DNA of 64,000 nucleotides from a bacterium (GTDB lineage Bacteria; Cyanobacteriota; Vampirovibrionia; Gastranaerophilales; JBAXKC01): NCBI GenBank assembly GCA_037137535.1, contig JBAXKC010000002.1, positions 64,001 to 128,000 of the forward strand, read 5' to 3'. Shown piece by piece: positions 57,575 to 64,000 of this stretch (position 1 is its first letter; each line of letters starts with the position of its first letter). The notes under the pieces were generated by a model. It saw only the letters and a program-made list of their open reading frames with translations, ran no database searches and was not told where the DNA came from. The position numbers and the translations under genes were made by a program.

Positions 57575-58396
57575 TTATGAATTGCCTTGAAGAACATTTA
57601 ATAACAATTCTTTAAGATCATCTTGTATTTTTGATTGAGAAACAGGCTTTGTTTTTGCTGTAATTTTAATATTTACGTCAGAATATTCAATGTTTTCTAT
57701 ACTTGCTTCGCTCATAGGTTCAATTAAAATATCTTGATTTTTTTCTGAATAAAGATTAATTTCTTTGTTTAATAGATTAATCACTCTTTTATATTCACTT
57801 ACAGGAATATTAATTGATATACTTGCATTTGACCAGTCTTTTGTTTTAACGGTAACCTGCTTAATTTCACCATTTGGAATTATATGGACACTTCCATCGC
57901 CATCTCTAATAATTGTAGTTCTAATATTTATATCTTCAACCGTCCCGTTATAACTGCCAATATTAACAGTATCACCAATTCCATACTGGTCTTCGTATAA
58001 TATAAACACACCGTTCACAAGATCTTTTACTATATTTTGAACGCCTAAACCAACTGCTAAACCCATAATCCCAGCACCAGCTATTATTGGGGCGATATTA
58101 ATACCAATTTCACCTAATAATAAAGCAATAGTCATTAATGTTATTAAAAATATCAATACATTATTAGTTACATTTTTAATGGTATTAATACGCAATTTAA
58201 TACGCTCATTTTTAATAACCGTTTTTTTCTCTATAAGAGAAGAAATTTTCTCCGTAAAAAATGTGGTTAATTTAGAAATTAAAACAGCTGTTAATAGAAT
58301 AAATCCTATTTTTAAACTATTAGGGAGTATAGAAGCCACATGAACAGACTTAATAAAATGGAATGTTTTATTAATATATGTATGAGTATTTAACAT
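57575..58396 (-). CDS. MscS-family mechanosensitive channel
   Basis: AGAGIMGLAVGLGVQNIVKD, GTVEDINIRTT, IPNGEI. Confidence 0.93.
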   Translation of the reverse strand: MLNTHTYINKTFHFIKSVHVASILPNSLKIGFILLTAVLISKLTTFFTEKISSLIEKKTVIKNERIKLRINTIKNVTNNVLIFLITLMTIALLLGEIGINIAPIIAGAGIMGLAVGLGVQNIVKDLVNGVFILYEDQYGIGDTVNIGSYNGTVEDINIRTTIIRDGDGSVHIIPNGEIKQVTVKTKDWSNASISINIPVSEYKRVINLLNKEINLYSEKNQDILIEPMSEASIENIEYSDVNIKITAKTKPVSQSKIQDDLKELLLNVLQGNS

Positions 58397-58489
58397 TTTC
58401 GTTACCTACATAATTTCTAAACAAAAGCTATTATAACTTTATTTTATTGTCATAATAGCTTATTGTATTTTACTTAATTAATTATAAGT

Positions 58490-59002
58490 TTAATTGTTTT
58501 TAGCATTGAATTTTTTATGAGCAGGCTTAATAAAAACTCTTTCTAATTTTCTTAAAAGTTGTATGAATTTAGATTCATCATTTTTAATTAAAGGATCAAC
58601 TAAAATCGTTGTCATACCAAGTTTTTGACCAACCCAAATATCAGTAAGAGGTCTATCACCAATCATAGCAGTTTCAGAAGGTAACAATTCAAGTTCTTTT
58701 AAAAGTTTAATTGCCGTTTTACGTCTAGGCTTATCAGCTTTTGCATAACCCACACAATTTATTAATTTAACAGCTTCTTCTACATATTCCTCATGAGGAT
58801 TATTACTTAAAACTGCAATTTTAAAATCTTCTCTAACTTCTTCAAGCCAGAGCTTTATATCTTCTCTTAATTTTCCGCTGTGAGGTTCCATTAATGTATT
58901 ATCGAGATCAAAAATTAATCCCTTTATTCCCTCATCTTTTAAATCGTTAAGATCCATTTCGATTACATTATCAATAATATAAGTAGGTTTAAGCCTTAAC
59001 AT
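58490..59002 (-). CDS. YqeG-family HAD IIIA phosphatase
   Basis: FDLDNTL, LSNN, KP, MIGDRPLTDI. Confidence 0.92.
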   Translation of the reverse strand: MLRLKPTYIIDNVIEMDLNDLKDEGIKGLIFDLDNTLMEPHSGKLREDIKLWLEEVREDFKIAVLSNNPHEEYVEEAVKLINCVGYAKADKPRRKTAIKLLKELELLPSETAMIGDRPLTDIWVGQKLGMTTILVDPLIKNDESKFIQLLRKLERVFIKPAHKKFNAKNN

Positions 59003-60248
59003 TAACTTTTTCCTTACGTCTTAGTATCGTCCATTGCCAATTTTCTATAGGATTGCCTTCATACTCTAATATGGCTATATCATTTGTATCTGCAACATTA
59101 CTGTCAACAATTGAGCCATCAGAAAGCATCTTTTTTATAGTTTTTATAGTTGCACTATATTCAGAATCAGGTGTAATCCAATCAATTATTTCGCCTACTT
59201 TAAACTGATTTTTTGCAGTTATTTTATAGGTATTATCACTTAATTTTTCAGTAACTGTACCAACAAATGTTGATAATAGCTGACTAGCATTTGTATTATA
59301 TGCATAATGTGAATGATCTGGTTTTTCCATTAAAAAGCCTGTGGTAAAACCTCTATTACCTACTTGCGAAAGATCATCCAATAATTTATTTGTATCTATA
59401 GCCTTATTTTCATAATATGCATCTATCGCTTCTCTATAAGATTTAGCTACCATTGAAGCATAATACATACTTTTTGTTCTTCCTTCAACTTTAAGAGAAT
59501 GAACTCCTGCATTTATAAGCTGAGGGATATATTCAACAAGCGCAAGGTCTTTAGGATTAAGTAAATATGTACCTTTACCTTCGTCTTCACCTATTTCAAA
59601 ATATTGACCGGGGCGTCTTTCTTCAACAATATTATATTTCCAGCGGCATGACTGTGTGCAGTTGCCTTGATTGGATTTACGTTTATTTTCTGTCATGTAA
59701 TCACTAATTAAGCATCTGCCGGAATAAGCGACACAAAGAGAACCATGAATTAAGACTTCTAGCTCAATATCAGAAACTTTTTGTGCAATTTTTTCTATAT
59801 CTTGTAAAGATAATTCTCTAGCTAAAATTACTCTTTCAGCGCCGAGATCTCTCCAAAAAGAAACAGCTTCATAGTTTAAAATATTAGCTTGAGTGCTTAT
59901 GTGCATAGGAATATTTGGGCAATATTTTTTTATTAACGGATAGATTCCTGAATCGCCGAAAATTATGCCATCAGGTTTTACATCGGCTAATTCTTCAAGA
60001 AATTGCGGTAATTGCTCTATATCGTCATTATGTGCAAATATATTTGCAGTTACGTAGGCTTTTACGTTTTTATCATGAGCAATTTTTACAGCTTCCGCAA
60101 TATTCTGACGAGTTATAAGATTCCCCGATTTTACAGTTCTTAAACTATAGTCGACAATTCCAAGATAGATAGCATCAGCTCCGTAGGAAATTGCATATTG
60201 CATTTTTTCAATATTGCCTGCGGGCATTAAAAGCTCTATGCGATCCAT
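58989..60248 (-). CDS. U32-family protein (TrhP/YegQ-like tRNA hydroxylation)
   Basis: ELLMPAG, HISTQ, HGSLCVAYSGRC, N.G.C.QSCRW, KVEGR; ATG at 60248 preferred. Confidence 0.88.
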   Translation of the reverse strand: MDRIELLMPAGNIEKMQYAISYGADAIYLGIVDYSLRTVKSGNLITRQNIAEAVKIAHDKNVKAYVTANIFAHNDDIEQLPQFLEELADVKPDGIIFGDSGIYPLIKKYCPNIPMHISTQANILNYEAVSFWRDLGAERVILARELSLQDIEKIAQKVSDIELEVLIHGSLCVAYSGRCLISDYMTENKRKSNQGNCTQSCRWKYNIVEERRPGQYFEIGEDEGKGTYLLNPKDLALVEYIPQLINAGVHSLKVEGRTKSMYYASMVAKSYREAIDAYYENKAIDTNKLLDDLSQVGNRGFTTGFLMEKPDHSHYAYNTNASQLLSTFVGTVTEKLSDNTYKITAKNQFKVGEIIDWITPDSEYSATIKTIKKMLSDGSIVDSNVADTNDIAILEYEGNPIENWQWTILRRKEKVNVKA

Positions 60249-60370
60249 TGATTCACCTCTCTGATTAATAAAAATGATAATCATTACTTAATAATGATTT
60301 GTTTAAGTATAACAAAAAATTTATTTTATTCCTAAAAAGCAAGAACGCTTTTAACATAAACTTAACACAA

Positions 60371-60402
60371 AAAATGAGAGACTTTTATAAGCCTCTCATT
60401 TT
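60371..60402 (-). terminator. Terminator after HEAT-repeat gene
   Basis: AAAATGAGAG / CTCTCATTTT. Confidence 0.7.
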
Positions 60403-60419
60403 ATATTTGTTTATAAAGA

Positions 60420-61277
60420 TTATTTTGCTGAAGCAGCTAATTTTTTGTTGGTAGCTCCAGGCACATTTTGCCAGTTAGCAGCCATAATCTTTTTAAATGC
60501 TTTTAAAGCGGTATCTTCAAGCTCACCAAGCTCTTCAGCATTCATAATTAATTCTCTTAGTGGAAGAAGTGCTCTTTGATCTCTAAGTACGCCAAGTGCA
60601 GCAGCAGCTCCAGCTCTTACAAGTTCATTTTCAGCTGTGTTTTTAAGAACATCGATTAAAGCAGGTACTGCTAATTGATCACCAAGTTTACCAAGTGATG
60701 TAACAGCATAAATTCTTACGTTTACCCATTCATCTGTAAGCATTTCAATAATTGGCTCAACAGCATTAATATCGCCTAATTCGCCTAATGCTCTGGTTGC
60801 ATCGCATCTTACGTTAACTTTTTCATGTTTTAGAGAAGAAATTAGAGCATGAACAGCAATTGGTCCGATTTCGATTAGCGCATCGGTTGCAGTAATGCAA
60901 ACTTGGCTATTTTCATCACTTAACGCTTCAACAAGTGGTTCAACTACTTCTTCGCCGCCTAGACGTCCAAGAGCTCTTGCTGCTCTTACTCTAACGTCTA
61001 CGTTTCTATCTTCTCTTAAAGACTTGATAAGTGGCATTGTAGCTGCTATATCACCAAGCTCGCCAAGCGCTCTAGCTGCATATAATCTTACTGAACCGTT
61101 TTTATCATTTTCAAGAACGTCAATAAGAGTATCTACAGCTCTGGAATCGCCCATTTCGCCCAGCATTCTTGCTGCGTTATAACGAACTTTCTCAGAATTA
61201 CTATTTCTTAGATCGTGGATTAATTCATCAAATGTTTTTTCAGTGCGTTTTTTTCTAGCATTAACTTTTATGCTCAT
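60420..61277 (-). CDS. PBS-lyase-type HEAT-repeat protein
   Basis: Repeated VR..AA.ALG.LGD..AV..LI..L.D units; GGAGG RBS. Confidence 0.92.
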   Translation of the reverse strand: MSIKVNARKKRTEKTFDELIHDLRNSNSEKVRYNAARMLGEMGDSRAVDTLIDVLENDKNGSVRLYAARALGELGDIAATMPLIKSLREDRNVDVRVRAARALGRLGGEEVVEPLVEALSDENSQVCITATDALIEIGPIAVHALISSLKHEKVNVRCDATRALGELGDINAVEPIIEMLTDEWVNVRIYAVTSLGKLGDQLAVPALIDVLKNTAENELVRAGAAAALGVLRDQRALLPLRELIMNAEELGELEDTALKAFKKIMAANWQNVPGATNKKLAASAK

Positions 61278-61638
61278 TTGTTTCCTCCAACGTTAACTTA
61301 TTATCGATTCTTTTCGTTCTCTTAAATTTGTCTCTTACTTAATCAAAAACATTTGAGTTAAGAAGATTGCTAAATTCATCAGTATTATAAATTTAGATTA
61401 AGAGTTTTGTATACTATATATATACGGAGTGTAGCTTCTTTGCAAATTTGTTTTTTTATCTTTATTAAATGTATGCTAAACACTTAAATATATTTATACA
61501 TCATAACATATTTTCAAGGGCAGTGGTTAGTTTGTTTACATTATTTCACCAGCTTTTAGTTGTTTGTTTTATTAATATATAATCTGATTTCGATTTAACG
61601 AAAGAAAAGCCATGTGTTTAATTTTTAAGAAATTGTAA

Positions 61639-63261
61639 CTAAACCAGTGGAAGCACTAATACGAAAGTTGTACCTTCCCCGATTTGACTATTAACAATAA
61701 TACGTCCATTATGCTTTTCTATAATCTGATAGCAGATAGATAAACCTAAACCTGTTCCTACTCCAATGCCCTTGGTTGTATACCCTGGGTCAAATACTTT
61801 TGCTAAATTCTCAGATTTAATACCTATTCCTGTATCTTTAAAAGATATTAAAACATTATTATCTTTTATTTCAGTTTTAATAGTTATAGTTCCTTTATCT
61901 TTAATGCTTTGTATTGCATTAACAATTAAATTCATAAATACCTGATTGAGTAAATTCGGATAACATAATACTAGCGGTATCTCTGCAAATTCAAGCTCAA
62001 TATTTATTTTATTGTGCAATTCATGCTTAATTAACAAAATTGTATTATTTATTCCTTCATGCAAATCAGCTTTTTTATGCTCTGATTCATCAAGCCTTGC
62101 GAAGTTTTTCAATGATTTAACAATTTCCGTTATACGGGAGATAGCTTCTTCATTAATACTCAAAGTATCTTTGATAATTTTAAGATACATTTCTGATTTC
62201 GAGTTTATTTCTTGACTTGCGCAAAACTTATCTATTGCTTTAGAAAATATCGAATTATTATTATTTATTGCACCTAAAGGAGTATTTATTTCATGAGCAA
62301 CACCTGCTACAAGTTGCCCCAATGAAGCCATTTTTTCAGACTGAATAAGTTTAACCTCAGTTTCTTTTAACTCCTTTAACGTAATTGTTAATTCATTATT
62401 TTTTTGCTCAATCTTATTAAATAATTCCGCTTGAGATAAAGCTGAAGAAATTTGTGCTGAAATTGTTTCAACAAGTGTAATTTCTTCTTTCTGAAAGGTT
62501 TCTTTTTTAGCAAATAAAAAATAACCAAAAATATTTTTATTATTTTGAACAGGAATAATAATTTCATTAATGCCATTATTTATATTAATAATTTTAGACT
62601 GATTATTAAGGCTTAATTGAGGTAAGCTGTTAAGTTTTAAATCTAATTCTATAAGTTTACTTACCGTTATTTTATTATCCTTATCAGATAGGATAAACGC
62701 CCCATAACCTGCTCCAAGTAAATTTGTTATACTATTTAATGCTTTTTCAAGAATTTCATCATTATTAAGACTGTCTTTTATTTCTATTGCAATACTGTTA
62801 ATTAAAGCATTTCTTAATGCTAAACTATGAGCCTTGAGTCTATACTTTTCATTTGCCTTTAATTCAGATTCAAGCTTAATAAGTTGCTCTTTTATAGTTT
62901 CTATATTTTCTTCACATTTTAAAGAAAATGAACAATAATTATTTTCTTTCCAGGAACTAAGAATGAATTTTTTAAATTTAGAAATAGAAATCTGATATAA
63001 AACTTCCATTTTTATTGGTAAACTAGACTTAAGTGCTTGTTTTACAGGGTTAAACTCAAAATAACTATCATTATTTATAATACAGAAATCAAAATTAAAT
63101 AAATGCTCAAGTTCAGATAGATTTTTGGGATTACCTAATAATAATTTAGCTTTATTATTCAGAAAGCAGATATCACCTTTATCATCAGAAGTAAAGAACA
63201 TATCTGATGAATTAAGAATAAAATTCTCTAAAGTTTTGTTTCCAAGCATTTTTAAACTCAT
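61639..63261 (-). CDS. Cytoplasmic sensor histidine kinase (PAS-like, GAF, HisKA, HATPase)
   Basis: QSEKMASLGQLVAGVAHEINTP, QVFMNL..NA, DTGIG, GTGLGL. Confidence 0.93.
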   Translation of the reverse strand: MSLKMLGNKTLENFILNSSDMFFTSDDKGDICFLNNKAKLLLGNPKNLSELEHLFNFDFCIINNDSYFEFNPVKQALKSSLPIKMEVLYQISISKFKKFILSSWKENNYCSFSLKCEENIETIKEQLIKLESELKANEKYRLKAHSLALRNALINSIAIEIKDSLNNDEILEKALNSITNLLGAGYGAFILSDKDNKITVSKLIELDLKLNSLPQLSLNNQSKIININNGINEIIIPVQNNKNIFGYFLFAKKETFQKEEITLVETISAQISSALSQAELFNKIEQKNNELTITLKELKETEVKLIQSEKMASLGQLVAGVAHEINTPLGAINNNNSIFSKAIDKFCASQEINSKSEMYLKIIKDTLSINEEAISRITEIVKSLKNFARLDESEHKKADLHEGINNTILLIKHELHNKINIELEFAEIPLVLCYPNLLNQVFMNLIVNAIQSIKDKGTITIKTEIKDNNVLISFKDTGIGIKSENLAKVFDPGYTTKGIGVGTGLGLSICYQIIEKHNGRIIVNSQIGEGTTFVLVLPLV

Positions 63262-63397
63262 TTATTATTCATAATAATTTTAACTTTAAAGATGCTCTTT
63301 TTCAAACGTTGATTTATTCATAAATTTTTTTATACAAAAAAAGCCATCATAATGCTTTAACAAAAGATGGCTAATAGTTTTCTATATTGATTTTCAA

Positions 63398-63916
63398 TTA
63401 AGCTAAAACTTTTTTAACTGTGCCTACTATAGTTTCAATTGTAAAAGGTTTTACTATGAAATCAACTGCACCGTTATCATAAGCATCTTGAATAAAGAAT
63501 TTTTGCCCCATTGATGAGCAAATTACAACTTTAGCATCTTTATTTAACATTTTTATTTCTCTTAACGATTCAATACCACTTTTTTTAGGCATTGTAATAT
63601 CAAGAATTACCATATCGGGAGAATGTTTTTGGTAAAGCTCTACAGCTGCCTCGCCGTCTGCTGCTTCTGCAACAACTAAATATCCGTTCTTTTTAAGAAT
63701 AGTGGTTAAATATTGTCTCATAAATCTTGAATCATCAGCAATTAATACTCTTTTCATTGCAGATGGAGATTGTCCGCATGAAAAATTAGTTTCTTCTTGC
63801 TCGTTAGACAAATTATGTGCTGTACAAATTTCATTCTCAGTAGTAACTAGAAGGTCTTTCTCTTTCTTCATATAGATTGAATCATTGTCAAAGGAACTAT
63901 TCTTCATAACGCTCAT
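63398..63916 (-). CDS. CheY-like single-domain response regulator with N-terminal extension
   Basis: VLIADDS..MR, LDITMP, CSSMGQ, FIVKPF. Confidence 0.9.
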   Translation of the reverse strand: MSVMKNSSFDNDSIYMKKEKDLLVTTENEICTAHNLSNEQEETNFSCGQSPSAMKRVLIADDSRFMRQYLTTILKKNGYLVVAEAADGEAAVELYQKHSPDMVILDITMPKKSGIESLREIKMLNKDAKVVICSSMGQKFFIQDAYDNGAVDFIVKPFTIETIVGTVKKVLA

Positions 63917-64000
63917 CCTTCCTTAATATTCTATTTTTAGATTTACACTTAAACGATACAAACAACAGGTTAGTCAATTTACCCAGCTTTTCACTATTAA

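Noticed and set aside
61301-61328. Second sigma28-like promoter upstream of the HEAT gene (ATCGATAA)
   Set aside because: The -10 resembles the consensus but there is no TAAA at 15-nt spacing.
164-62576. Many 60-118 aa ORFs antisense to or nested in real genes (e.g. 164..400, 672..965, 34298..34648, 48683..49039, 55255..55593, 60895..61182)
   Set aside because: They overlap well-supported genes and show no recognisable motifs; shadow ORFs.

Overview
AT-rich, gene-dense bacterial chromosome segment. No rRNA, tRNA, CRISPR array, integrase or transposase was recognised. Gene content (Firmicutes-like metabolic genes, [FeFe] hydrogenase, type IV pilin, MlaD, PBS-type HEAT repeat protein, orphan FlhA-like protein) suggests an anaerobic diderm, most plausibly a non-photosynthetic cyanobacterial relative (Melainabacteria/Gastranaerophilales-like); this taxonomy is inference only. 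Core blocks: thiG, coaX, sdaAB-sdaAA, spmAB, metY, upp, pgeF, uppS-rdgB, pyrH-frr-cdsA-rnc-rpe, argCJBD-carAB-argG, a hydC-hydB-hydA-rex bifurcating hydrogenase operon and rrf2-hcp. Most notable observations: (1) an unannotated 22-codon leader peptide with three CGN Arg codons and mutually exclusive antiterminator/terminator hairpins ahead of the arg operon, i.e. an apparent ribosome-mediated arginine attenuator; (2) a PfkB sugar kinase with an inserted 2x[4Fe-4S] ferredoxin domain; (3) an asymmetric tandem WYL (PafBC-like) pair; (4) a truncated FlhA-like protein plus three proteins with similar non-Sec N-terminal leaders, one a zeta-toxin-like kinase with no adjacent antitoxin; (5) tandem Rex operators and a stand-alone phosphatase C-terminal-like domain gene heading the hydrogenase operon; (6) a candidate C-rich sRNA, an unannotated 57-aa gene with a sigma28-like promoter, and structured intergenic elements.
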